Source: a virus
Reading direction: 5' to 3' (one strand)
Virus record (IMG/VR): IMGVR_UViG_3300042301_004349
Coordinates: 64,001 to 128,000 of that record
Length of the DNA stretch: 64,000 bases
The first letter of the stretch is position 1. Each line of letters opens with the position of its first letter. Below the pieces are notes generated by a model. The model was not told the DNA's origin and ran no database searches. It saw only the letters and a list, made by a program, of their open reading frames with translations. Below, piece by piece: positions 29,212 through 40,500 of this stretch. The position numbers were made by a program, and so were the translations under genes.

Positions 29212-32200
29212 TTACTTTTGTGATTTTAATTCGTCTATTTCTGCTTTTAATTCTTTGATTGCTTCGATAAGCACACCAACTATATTACCATACTTAACAC
29301 CATACTCATCTACGTCAGCAGCATAAGTGACAACTTCAGGTAATACTTCGTTTATTTCTTGAGCAATAACCCCTGTTTGTCTTCCTTTTTCTACTTCATC
29401 TATTTTAGTATAATACACACCTCTTAATTGTGTTACTTTATCTAAAGCATTATCTATAGTAGTAATATCTGTTTTCTTTCTTCTATCTGAGTATGCTGTA
29501 ATGTCTCCTGTTGCGTAAAGGCTACCATTAACATACACACGGTATGAACTAGATGTTGATGAATCACCAAGACCTAGACATACATTTCCTCTATGCCAGT
29601 ACCATGGCCAACGTCCACCCTGATTTTCACAGTATAAACCACCATTTCCACCTTCGTGCATATAGTTGCTAAAATATCCAGCATCATCTTTAATTAAAAG
29701 ACCATTGTAACCACCTTTAGCATATCCAAATATCTCCCAAGTACCATGGGATGATGATGCATTTCTTCTAAAATGTCCACCATAATCTTGTGAATATAAA
29801 CCAACATCACCATAAACCCTAAACCAGTTATTTGCATAAACAGCACCAAAAGAAGGATTTGTTTTATCAAAACCTGATAAACTTCCAGCACTACCAGTAA
29901 CATTAATACTCCATGTACCAGAGGCACCACCTCCTGTTAATGTAGGAGAGTAACTAGTATAGTTGTAATCAGTAAGTAATCTCTTCCAAGCTTTCCAGGT
30001 TCCATTATCTCCATTTCTACTTCTCATAGAAAATGAATCCCCTCCATAATCACCATTAAGTTGAATACCATACCCTGCTGCACCAAAATGTGCAACACAT
30101 CCTGTTAAAGGAGCACCATTAGAATAAGTAAATGCTGACCTATTACTAGGCATATTGTTTGCATTTGTTCCTGGGTATCCCTCAGTAAATCCATAATCAA
30201 AGAAATATCTGCCATCTAAAGTGCTAGTGTAATTGCTTGTAGTAAGGCCACCTGAAACACTTCCTGCACTGTTTGCATAGTTTACTGATTGGGATCCAAT
30301 ATTACCAGCATGTATAACAGCATTTCCAGTAGACATACCCCCACTAGTACCATTAACATAGAGCATACCTCTAATCTTAGTATTACCAGATGTATCTATT
30401 ATTAAACGACCATGATGAACATCACTACCTGACCAACCATCTCCAACCCCGTAATGGCCATTACCATCTTGTTGGTCACTGTATCCTATACTAAAAATAC
30501 CTGGGTTAAGATTAGCTATACCCATTGTCCATAGTCTATAACCTCCAGCACTTAAGTTACCACTCATTACAATATATGCCCCATGAGTACTGTTGTTAGC
30601 CGCATAGGCGTTAAGATGTAATCCAGGATAATATTCTGCATTAATAACTAATGCTTTTCTTGCATTATCATTAATAACTCTAGATGTGTTTGTTGATCCA
30701 ATAAGTAAAGCTGCTCCTGAAACTGCATTATTTACTATAAGCCTACTTAAATTTGATGTATCATTAGGATCTAGATAGTATCCTGTATCATTAGAATCGT
30801 AGAAAATTGGAGCACGTAATGAACCTGCGGCTTCTAAATATACATCAGTGTAAATATAAGAGTTAGCAATTACCATTCTTCTACTACCAGCCCACATCAT
30901 ACTAACATCATGTCCTGTATAACTTCCTATATATACAGAACTAGGAGTGTGTACATACATACCTGCTTCAATACCAGGAGATCTAGCATGTAAAACAAAT
31001 TTAACGTGAGGGCTATTACTAAATCTTACTTGTGTACCCCATCCTCCTGGATCTGACCAATCATCACCACTATCTCCTACATAAAGGTTTCTTAAACGAG
31101 AACCCCCTGCTGGGTTTAAATAATATGCTGTGTCATTTGAATCATAAAATATAGGAGCACGCATAGAGTGGTCACTAAACCAGTTTCCGCTATTATCACA
31201 ATAAGCACCCCAACTACTAGAAGTATTTAAAAATCCTATTCTACCACTATTAGTATGAATACGTCTAGTATTTTCATCAGTATCAGTCATATAGATATCG
31301 GATGATGTACTATTCCCTACGGTTAACGCTCCATATATTTGAACATTATAACTATTGTCCATTCTTAATCCCCAGTTACCTCCAGAGTTTAAGAAACCAA
31401 TTTCATTTGATGTATTAGCATATACATAACCTCTTAATGCACTCATATGACCACCAGTATAAAATCTAATTGATGATACACTAGTTGTTGATGACATATC
31501 CCAATACCCATTTGTATTAGAAGACAAGTGTTGGGTTGTTACCTGATTATATAAACCTTCATTTGAGCCATTATTTCTAAACCAGTTGTCTGCATAGACT
31601 TCAGTAAATGTTGGGGATGAACCACCTGTAACTAATCCTAATTGACTAATTAAGTGGGCAGGTGTAGATTTTCTTAAATAGTTATCTCCTGTACTTTGTG
31701 TCCATATCTGACCAATGGTAGGATTTTCTGAGTTGCCAGCAGATGAATTAAAATACGATCCAAAAATGTAGTTACCACTGATATGACCACTTCCATCTCT
31801 ATATACAATGGTATTAGCAGTAGCTGATGTTGTTGGGTTGTTAAATCCTGATATAGAACCTGCTGTACCTGTAATATGAATGCCCCAAGTGCCACTATTA
31901 GTTACAATAGTTTGCCATGCTCCTTTACCCCCACCGGTTGCTGGTCTTAAATAAAATTGACTTGTTGTACTATCATTACATGCTAAATCAAAACCTGCAA
32001 GATTGCCTGGAGAATAATAAGCGGTATGTAAAACAAAGTTTACACTAGTAGCATTTGGTATACCACCTGAATCTACTGTGTAGAATCCACTTTTTAATGC
32101 TCCGTTTAATGTTGCATTGCTTATATAAGTTGTTGCAGTTGAATTATCTCCAAAAACATAATTTGCAGTTGAGGCTATAGCACCTGTTGCTCCTTGAGCA

Positions 32201-33114
32201 CCAGTAGCTCCTTGAACTCCTGTACCTGTAGCTCCCTGCGCACCTGTTGCACCTTGTGCACCATTTGATCCATTAGTACCATTCGTTCCTGCAGCTCCCT
32301 GTGCGCCTGTAGCGCCTTGCGCTCCATTAGAACCATTGGTTCCGTTTGTGCCAGCAGCACCTTGTGCTCCTGTTGAGCCTTGGGCTCCATTCGATCCGTT
32401 AGTGCCGTTTGTTCCTGCTGTGCCTTGTAAACCAGTAGCGCCTGTAGAACCCTGTAATCCTGTTGCTCCTTGAGTACCAGTAGTACCTTGTAAACCTTGC
32501 AATCCTCTATCGCCTTGATCGCCTTTGTCACCTTTGTCGCCCTTAGCGCCTTGAAAACCTTGAAGGCCTCTGTCACCTTGAAAACCTTGTCTACCTTGGT
32601 CGCCCTGAGCGCCTTGTCTACCTTGGTCGCCTTGGAAACCTTGAAAACCTCTTGCTCCTTGGTCGCCTTGGAAGCCTCTAGGGCCTTGATCGCCTTGGTC
32701 GCCTTTAGCACCTTGTGAACCTGTAGCACCCTGTGCTCCATCAGCACCAACATAACCATTCGCACCTTGCAGACCCTGAGGTCCAATAGCTGGAGAACCA
32801 TTTACTAAAACAGAACCAGATATATTTACAGTTCCTGTAAATACGTGAGTATCGTCTTCTGAATTTCCAAATTTGGTTGATCCACTTTCATATAATATAG
32901 AAGAGGAAACATATTCTGTATGAAATTCTTGTGCTGTAATTCTTCCCCCTATCGTTAAATCCCCCGTCACTGAACCTGAGCCTCCAATAGTAACAGTATG
33001 GCCATTGTCTTGGATTATACTATCATGTATTTCACCACCAGTTGCTCTTAATACAGAACCAGATGTGGCGCGGCTTAAAAGTGAGGCAAGGATTGTATTT
33101 TTACTTTTACTCAT
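29212..33114 (-). CDS. collagen-like long tail fibre with C-terminal S74 chaperone
   Basis: Gly-X-Y tract approx. 32178-32790; [10 protein letters not shown] and YA(D/N)NWFR repeats; YSDRRKK...GVIAQE...YGNIVGVLIEAIKE. Confidence 0.88.
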   Translation of the reverse strand: MSKSKNTILASLLSRATSGSVLRATGGEIHDSIIQDNGHTVTIGGSGSVTGDLTIGGRITAQEFHTEYVSSSILYESGSTKFGNSEDDTHVFTGTVNISGSVLVNGSPAIGPQGLQGANGYVGADGAQGATGSQGAKGDQGDQGPRGFQGDQGARGFQGFQGDQGRQGAQGDQGRQGFQGDRGLQGFQGAKGDKGDKGDQGDRGLQGLQGTTGTQGATGLQGSTGATGLQGTAGTNGTNGSNGAQGSTGAQGAAGTNGTNGSNGAQGATGAQGAAGTNGTNGSNGAQGATGAQGATGTGVQGATGAQGATGAIASTANYVFGDNSTATTYISNATLNGALKSGFYTVDSGGIPNATSVNFVLHTAYYSPGNLAGFDLACNDSTTSQFYLRPATGGGKGAWQTIVTNSGTWGIHITGTAGSISGFNNPTTSATANTIVYRDGSGHISGNYIFGSYFNSSAGNSENPTIGQIWTQSTGDNYLRKSTPAHLISQLGLVTGGSSPTFTEVYADNWFRNNGSNEGLYNQVTTQHLSSNTNGYWDMSSTTSVSSIRFYTGGHMSALRGYVYANTSNEIGFLNSGGNWGLRMDNSYNVQIYGALTVGNSTSSDIYMTDTDENTRRIHTNSGRIGFLNTSSSWGAYCDNSGNWFSDHSMRAPIFYDSNDTAYYLNPAGGSRLRNLYVGDSGDDWSDPGGWGTQVRFSNSPHVKFVLHARSPGIEAGMYVHTPSSVYIGSYTGHDVSMMWAGSRRMVIANSYIYTDVYLEAAGSLRAPIFYDSNDTGYYLDPNDTSNLSRLIVNNAVSGAALLIGSTNTSRVINDNARKALVINAEYYPGLHLNAYAANNSTHGAYIVMSGNLSAGGYRLWTMGIANLNPGIFSIGYSDQQDGNGHYGVGDGWSGSDVHHGRLIIDTSGNTKIRGMLYVNGTSGGMSTGNAVIHAGNIGSQSVNYANSAGSVSGGLTTSNYTSTLDGRYFFDYGFTEGYPGTNANNMPSNRSAFTYSNGAPLTGCVAHFGAAGYGIQLNGDYGGDSFSMRSRNGDNGTWKAWKRLLTDYNYTSYSPTLTGGGASGTWSINVTGSAGSLSGFDKTNPSFGAVYANNWFRVYGDVGLYSQDYGGHFRRNASSSHGTWEIFGYAKGGYNGLLIKDDAGYFSNYMHEGGNGGLYCENQGGRWPWYWHRGNVCLGLGDSSTSSSYRVYVNGSLYATGDITAYSDRRKKTDITTIDNALDKVTQLRGVYYTKIDEVEKGRQTGVIAQEINEVLPEVVTYAADVDEYGVKYGNIVGVLIEAIKELKAEIDELKSQK

Positions 33115-33162
33115 TATATTGTTTCCTTATTAGCTATTTAATATAAATATGAAGATTACTAT

Positions 33163-33492
33163 TTATGCTGTTGGTTTTGGATACTTAGCTTTAATAGCTA
33201 TACATTTTTGAATGTATTCATCTATTTGATCTTGATCACCTTTTACAACCCCATCAATATAATCTTCAATTGGGGGGTATTCAGAACGTCTTAATCTTTG
33301 ATAAAGAGAAGCATTGTATTCATCTATTAATTCTTGGCGTTTTTCTTCTATATCTAAAGGTAAATCTATAAGATTACCTTGTAAATCTTTAAGTATATTA
33401 TCTTCAAGTATAGATTTGATACCATACTTTATACTCAGTACAGAAACATTATCAATGTATGTTACTGGTTCTATTTTGTTTTTGTTTATCAT
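33163..33492 (-). CDS. putative tail fibre assembly protein
   Basis: YQRLRRSEYPPI...IKAKYPKP C-terminus; follows the one collagen fibre lacking S74. Confidence 0.65.
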   Translation of the reverse strand: MINKNKIEPVTYIDNVSVLSIKYGIKSILEDNILKDLQGNLIDLPLDIEEKRQELIDEYNASLYQRLRRSEYPPIEDYIDGVVKGDQDQIDEYIQKCIAIKAKYPKPTA

Positions 33493-33507
33493 AAAATTTA
33501 ATATTTT

Positions 33508-36500
33508 TTAAACCCAATATCCAACACAATATAAAGCAATGTGGTGGGTACCACCACTAAGTCCATGTCCTAGTGTATAGTATACTGTACCATTTGCATT
33601 TACATTTATAATACCATTATGCCATGAACCATAATAATGCATAAAATTGGTCATATTTGTTCCTGAAGCGTCTCCATCATGTTCTAAAACAAATGAACCA
33701 TGATATTGTGGAGTAAAAGTATTACTAACACCAGGCCAAGCAGCTCCTGGTCCGCCCCAAGAAATAACACTAACATCATTAGCTAATCCAAACCAAGATA
33801 CTGCATGGTCTCCTTGACCTGCCCCTGAACCATATCCTGTAATGTGGTACCAACCATATACTAATAATGCTTTAGCATTTGAAGGAACACCACTAAAATC
33901 TGTTACAGCAAAATTACCTTGTGTTTGACCACTTACTGAAAATGTTTTTGTAGCTACTGAAGTTAATTGTATAAAAGTATTTGCTTTATAGCTACCACTA
34001 TTTGAAATTGTTCCACCATTTACTGTAACATCTCCACCAGAAGCAATAGTTACTCTAGTATTAGGTCCATTAGTATTAAATTTAATACCAACACCCACAC
34101 CAGATTCAATACCTAAATCTCCAGATATAATATCTGAGAAAACATAATGTGTTTTTAAGTTTGTAGCATTGTTAATTCTTATATCAGTATTTGATGTTTC
34201 TGCGGTGCCAAGTGTTAAACTTCCAGCAATTCCAGCATCACCTAACCCATTTAAAGTCATTGCGGTTAATGGTGGTTGATCTTGAGCTGCATTGCCTTGG
34301 TATACTCTGAATCTTAAAACATTTGCTGAAGGGCCACCAGCAGTAAGGACAGCGTCTATTCCTATCCATCTATTATTATTAACACCAATATCTGAATTGG
34401 CCATGTATTTAATAAGATTATCATAGGTTCCATCAAATCCATTATGTGTAGCTTTTATTATGTCTCCACCAGAGGTAATGTGCAAACGTTGAGAGGCATT
34501 AGTTGAAAATCTTAAATACCCATTTGCATTATTATCCATATTAAGATTAAGACCATTGCTTGTAATATCCATTACAGAGGTTGCGTTAGCAAACCATCTC
34601 ATTAATCTGTAACTACCTGAGTAAAGTGTGTTAGCAAAGAAGTATGCTACATAATTGCTTGAATTATTATGTACTTGAAGTATTGCATCATTTTCACTAA
34701 CTGTATTAAGTAATAATCTACCATTTGCAGTGATTTGTGCAACACTGCTGTTTGTAGTATAAGAATAAAAATGATAAGACCCTGTATTGTTTGCACTTCT
34801 TAAACCTATATACCAATTATCTGATCCTCCTGTTGATAATTTCCAACCGGTTTCAAAAGAAGTACTTGATCTATTTACTCTTGGATAAACATTAGCATTA
34901 GTATTTGATATTAACATTACATCGCCAAATCCACTTGTATTATTACCTACACCTAAACTATTTGCAGTCACCGATGAACTAAATGTAGCTGCACCTGTTG
35001 AGGTCATTGTGAATACATTGGCACCACCGCCATTAACTCTGAAGTTTATACCTTGACCTGTTGCAGCATTTAGATATATGCCATCAGTAGCATCATTAGC
35101 AGCAAATATTCTATTAAAACCGTTTGAATTAGTACCAAATGCAAATGTTCTATATGCACCACCAAATGTTTGGTCTGTACCGATTACTGTTCCATTTATA
35201 ATAATATTCTCTGTAAACCTACCCGTTCCACTCACATCAAGTTTATAAGAAGGATTTAATGTTCCTATACCGACATCACCATTAGTACCTTTAATTACTA
35301 TGCCTAAATTAGCACCTCTTAAATGTAAATCAGCATAAGTACCTCCAGTTTGTTTGTAAGAAACTATTTGAGCAGTACCATCTTGTTCTTGGATAACTAC
35401 TCCAGTTGAGGTCATATCAAAAGCTGCTTGACCCATTACATGGAGAGTTCTAAGTGGGTTTGAAGTACCTATACCAACACTTCCATCTAATAATACTAAG
35501 TTATAAAGATTAAAAGAATTATTTGCTGAGTTTGGTGTTACAAATTGAGCGCCTCTTCTAAATAATATTTCTCTACCATCTCCACTAAAGGCACCATTAG
35601 CATTTCCTGAAGGATCATATCCAATTGAGATTGTAGTAGAGTTTGATGTATCACCAAGCATTACAACTTTATAAGTACTTGGACTATATCCCCATCCTGT
35701 ACCTTTTAAAGCTTGAAAATCTACACTATTAGCTCTTAAACCTATTGTGTTTAAAACTTGAAGTTGGTAAGAAGATGCTGTAATACCAACACCAACATTA
35801 GTTCCATTATCAAAAATTTGACTATTTCCTATAGCACTACTACTTGTAAACTTAGCTACATAATTAGTAGTACCTGATACTCCTGGTCCTTGTGTTCCTT
35901 GGAAACCTTGAGCACCAGTTGCACCTTGAATACCTTGAGCTCCAGTTGTTCCTTGAGCACCTGTTGCCCCTTGAGCACCAGTACTACCTTGAGCTCCTGT
36001 ACTTCCTTGTAATCCAGTAGGTCCAACAGAACCTTGTAATCCAGTAGCACCTTGGGACCCAGTAGCACCTTGAGCGCCTGTATCTCCTTGATCGCCTTTT
36101 GCTCCTTGAGCACCAACACTACCTTGTAGTCCAGTAGGTCCTTGAGAGCCAGTTGCACCTTGATTACCTGTAGCTCCCTGAGGTCCAACAGCACCTTGAG
36201 CACCTGCTGCTCCTTGATTACCCTGAGATCCTATTTCTCCTAAATAATTGTCTATTTCTATTGTATCACCAGCACTAGCAGCATTTGTTAGTACTACTGT
36301 TGTACCATTTGTTGCAGTATAATCTACTCCTGATGTTTGTTTAACACCATTCCAGAATACATCTACTAATCCAGCAGTATAACCACCAGGTACTGTAAAT
36401 GTTGTTTGACCATTTGTTGCAGTAAATATATTTACATTTCTAGCTGATGAGCTTACTGCTCCTTGAGCACCAGTTGCACCTTGATCGCCTTGATTACCTT

Positions 36501-37443
36501 GGAATCCTTGGTCGCCCTTAGCACCTTGGAAGCCCTGGTCGCCCTGTGCTCCTTGGTAGCCTTGATCACCTTGAAATCCAAATCCTTGAAAACCTTGATC
36601 GCCTTGTGCTCCTTGGAAACCTTGGTCACCCTGTGCTCCCTGGTAGCCTTGGTCACCCTGTGCTCCTTGTGCACCTTGATAGCCCTGGTCGCCTTGAGCT
36701 CCTTGGTAGCCTTGATCACCTTGTGCACCTTGATAGCCCTGGTCGCCTTGAGCTCCCTGAATGCCTTGAAAACCTTGGTCGCCTTGTGCACCTTGTGCCC
36801 CAGTTGCTCCTTGAGCTCCATCTACTCCAATAAATCCATTTGCTCCTTGAGCACCTGCTGGTCCTTGAGGACCCATCATACCACCTACAGTAGCTACTGC
36901 TTTACCTGCTACAGGCACTGCAAATGTAACAACTAAATTGTTAGTACTTACTGCTGTTATAGTAGAAGGAATAATAACTTGATTGTTATTATCGTATAAT
37001 TCGATTACGGGATATTGTTCACTTAAATTATGATTAAATGACCAAGTTGTTGCTGACGCGAATGTTTGTTTAGCGGTTCTTCCATCTCCTGTATTAGCAG
37101 CTACATTATCTACCCATACAGCACCATTTGCTGTTACTTGTAGAATTTGTCCTACAGATCCTGTACTATTGGTATAGTCACGGACTGTTAATGGTAATTT
37201 TACACTACCACTTAATTCTAAAGATCCTGTAATTTGATGAGATGAACCTGAGATTATAAGTGATCCTGATATTTGGGTGTTTGTTGTAAGTATTTCTTCA
37301 ATACTTTCACCTGCTGATCCACTTTTCTCAAAATAAATTTTACCGTCGTAGGTATTCATTGCCAATTCACCCAACTCCAACTGCGATGTAGTTGGTTTGT
37401 TGCCAGTGGTTGCACTCCTACGTAACTTAACAATTTGCGCCAT
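33508..37443 (-). CDS. collagen-like fibre protein, Mtd_N-like N-terminus, no S74 domain
   Basis: MAQIVKLRRS...[15 protein letters not shown]; Gly-X-Gln tracts approx. 35885-36875; NVGIGT-type repeats. Confidence 0.85.
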   Translation of the reverse strand: MAQIVKLRRSATTGNKPTTSQLELGELAMNTYDGKIYFEKSGSAGESIEEILTTNTQISGSLIISGSSHQITGSLELSGSVKLPLTVRDYTNSTGSVGQILQVTANGAVWVDNVAANTGDGRTAKQTFASATTWSFNHNLSEQYPVIELYDNNNQVIIPSTITAVSTNNLVVTFAVPVAGKAVATVGGMMGPQGPAGAQGANGFIGVDGAQGATGAQGAQGDQGFQGIQGAQGDQGYQGAQGDQGYQGAQGDQGYQGAQGAQGDQGYQGAQGDQGFQGAQGDQGFQGFGFQGDQGYQGAQGDQGFQGAKGDQGFQGNQGDQGATGAQGAVSSSARNVNIFTATNGQTTFTVPGGYTAGLVDVFWNGVKQTSGVDYTATNGTTVVLTNAASAGDTIEIDNYLGEIGSQGNQGAAGAQGAVGPQGATGNQGATGSQGPTGLQGSVGAQGAKGDQGDTGAQGATGSQGATGLQGSVGPTGLQGSTGAQGSTGAQGATGAQGTTGAQGIQGATGAQGFQGTQGPGVSGTTNYVAKFTSSSAIGNSQIFDNGTNVGVGITASSYQLQVLNTIGLRANSVDFQALKGTGWGYSPSTYKVVMLGDTSNSTTISIGYDPSGNANGAFSGDGREILFRRGAQFVTPNSANNSFNLYNLVLLDGSVGIGTSNPLRTLHVMGQAAFDMTSTGVVIQEQDGTAQIVSYKQTGGTYADLHLRGANLGIVIKGTNGDVGIGTLNPSYKLDVSGTGRFTENIIINGTVIGTDQTFGGAYRTFAFGTNSNGFNRIFAANDATDGIYLNAATGQGINFRVNGGGANVFTMTSTGAATFSSSVTANSLGVGNNTSGFGDVMLISNTNANVYPRVNRSSTSFETGWKLSTGGSDNWYIGLRSANNTGSYHFYSYTTNSSVAQITANGRLLLNTVSENDAILQVHNNSSNYVAYFFANTLYSGSYRLMRWFANATSVMDITSNGLNLNMDNNANGYLRFSTNASQRLHITSGGDIIKATHNGFDGTYDNLIKYMANSDIGVNNNRWIGIDAVLTAGGPSANVLRFRVYQGNAAQDQPPLTAMTLNGLGDAGIAGSLTLGTAETSNTDIRINNATNLKTHYVFSDIISGDLGIESGVGVGIKFNTNGPNTRVTIASGGDVTVNGGTISNSGSYKANTFIQLTSVATKTFSVSGQTQGNFAVTDFSGVPSNAKALLVYGWYHITGYGSGAGQGDHAVSWFGLANDVSVISWGGPGAAWPGVSNTFTPQYHGSFVLEHDGDASGTNMTNFMHYYGSWHNGIINVNANGTVYYTLGHGLSGGTHHIALYCVGYWV

Positions 37444-37513
37444 ATCTATGGTCTGTTTTTAATTTAGTATGTACTAGTATATCCTTCGATCTATATAGAT
37501 CGTGTATAAATAT

Positions 37514-40500
37514 TTACTTAGAAGCTAATTGTGCCTCTAAATTTGCTATTTTTGCATTTAATTCTTTGATTGCTTCGATGAATAAACCTGCCATGTTGCC
37601 ATAAGCTACTGAATAGTATCCTTTCTGATCTTCACTTACTGCTTCTGGTAGTACGTTTAATACGTCTTGTGCAATAACTCCAGTATGACGTTTATTTTTA
37701 TCATTTATATCATTACGAGTAAAGGTCACACCACGAATTGCTTTAACTTTTTCTACAGCGTTTTCTATTACTTCTACATTATTTTTAACACGAGAATCTG
37801 AGAATGCAGTGATGTCTTGGAAACAGAAAAATGGATTAACAGATACTACAGTATTACATCCTAAATTTAATGCATAATCGTGACCACCGTTTGCATTATT
37901 ACCAAGTAAAACTTTTCCACTACTCCAACCTAAAAATAAAGTATTACAACTACCCCATGCTGAACTAGCCTCTAAGTGCCTTACAATATATACCGTATTA
38001 ACGTCACTTCTTACAAAAGATGAAGCATGTAATCCGTCTACAGTATCGGAATTACCAGCTGAGTTTGCATAGTTTACTGATTGGCTACCAATATTAGCAC
38101 TATGTATAATTTGTCTCCAAGCATACCAAGAACCAGCATAACCTGCTCTCCACCTTAAATCTGTACTGTTGTAATAATCTCCTTGTATTTGCCACATAGT
38201 ATCTCCACCACCCAAATGTAATACAGGAGCATAGCTTAAGTTTCCACCATTACCATTCTCATTTCTATAAACAGCTGTTCCTCCATTGTTTACATTCATA
38301 GAACCATTGCCTAGACCTTGTAAATTCAATCCAGCTACATATGAACTAGCTGTAACATACCCAGAGTTATTAGTAAATTGGGATACGTTCATATTGGATA
38401 ATGAACCTGCAGAGCCTGTTATATTTATATCCCATGTTCCATTATTATGAACAAATCTATAACCAGTGTTACCATAATTTACAGCTCCATTAGAAAGAAT
38501 CTTTATACCCCCATTAGCCCAATCCCCATTTTTAGCAATCATAAATTCATCAGAGGCCATAGTAGCAACTTGATACCAAGCACCACCTGAAACACCACCA
38601 GAACGACCCATACGTACACCGGCACCATTGGATGTACCATTCCAAGTAGCATGCATGTTATTAATCATTACGCCTGGTTCTGCTCCTCCACTTGCCCCAA
38701 GTGTGCCATAAGTTACCCCGTCACCCCAGTTATTAGATGCTGTAAAAGAAAGTCGTGTCCAACCGCCGCTTGTAGTAATGTTAGTTTGCCAAACACCATT
38801 TAATGTAGTATTCCCACTAACTGTTAATCCACTATATACAGTTGTTAATCCACCACCATAACCTAAACCTACTGGTCCATTGTGGCCGTAATTTAACCAT
38901 ATGTTTCCTCCAGAACTAACGTTCTGGATTGTATCAGTTAAAGATGCACTGCTTATTTGAATATTTCTAAACACAGCACCACCTGCATTATTTGATGATA
39001 TACCTGTACTATTAGGATCTAAATAAAAAGTAGTATCGTTTGAGTCATAAAATATTGGAGCTCTAAAATCAGCTGCTGCTTGGATAGGAGTAGTTCCCCA
39101 CCCAATATCTCTACCCATTAATATCCTTCCGGTTGATGACTGGTAGATAAATAAAGATTCTACAGAATTTCCACTATCATGAATAGCAAATTCATACTCA
39201 TCAGCACAGTTAGCAAGAATACCAGCAGTTACACTACTTGCCCAAGAACCATTCAAAAAATTAAAATTATGGCTTGTAGAACCTAATATTAATTGACCAG
39301 TATAAGAAGGTTGATAGTAACTTCCTAAAACAATGTTATTCATTCTAGAAGTACTAGCAAAATCTCCGTAGTATCCTGTATCATTTGAATCATAGAATAT
39401 TGGTGCTCTAAAGCTAGTAGGAGCAGCAACATAACCACCTTCTCCATAATAAATTTGCAAGGCTCCATATCCACCCCCACCAGCATTGTTATGTGTAGTA
39501 AAATTATAAGCTAAACCATTAGCTCCTTGAACATCTTGCCATGCCCTAGACATAAATGTCATAGTGCTATAATCATTATTAATTACACTATTAAATCTAA
39601 TCTGAGTAGCATCGGATGCTTGTAAATTATATGCAACAGTTGATGTAGCAGAATTTCCTGAAGTATTATCAGAAACTCTTGCACTATCTACACGAACACC
39701 ATATGTGGTATTACCATTCCAACCCATAAGAGTTGGATAGGAAGCAGTCCAAGCAACTGTGGAATTGGTTTGGCTTACACCACCCCCACTTGGGGATGTG
39801 CCTTGAGAAGCATCAAATATAACATGATTATTACCATAATTTTTCCATGCCATTAAACCTATAACATTGTTAATAACAGTAGAATCATTCCAGTTTGATT
39901 GACCTCTTGAAACTACGTTACCTGTTGCTGTTATACTCCAAGTACCACTTGCACCACCCCCTGTTAGAGTTGGAGAATAAGAATTGTAATTAGCAGAAGA
40001 AAGCATAGTAACCCAAGATGACCAATCACTACAACAGTCTCTTAAAGTTCTAAGTGATAATGTAGCACTTGGATTATGCCATGAAGCAGCAAATTCAAAT
40101 CCTCTTCCTGCTGTTACAAACTGAGCAGCTAAATCATAAGTATATGGGCTATTGGCACCACCATCATATGCACCATATATAGCAAGACCACTAGATATTT
40201 TAGTAGTTCTATCATTGTTATAACTCACACCTGTTCCTAAAACAGTTGCAGCATTTGCACCTTGATCGCCTTTAAAGCCTTGGAAACCTCTGTCGCCTTG
40301 GTCGCCTTTAAAGCCTTGGAAGCCTCTGTCGCCTTGGTCTCCTTTATCGCCTTTGTCGCCTTTAAAGCCTTGGAAACCTCTGTCGCCTTGGTCGCCTTTA
40401 AAGCCTTGGAAGCCTTGGTCGCCTTTATCGCCTTTGTCGCCTTTAAAGCCTTGGAAACCTCTGTCGCCTTGGTCGCCTTTGAAGCCTTGGTCTCCTTTAT

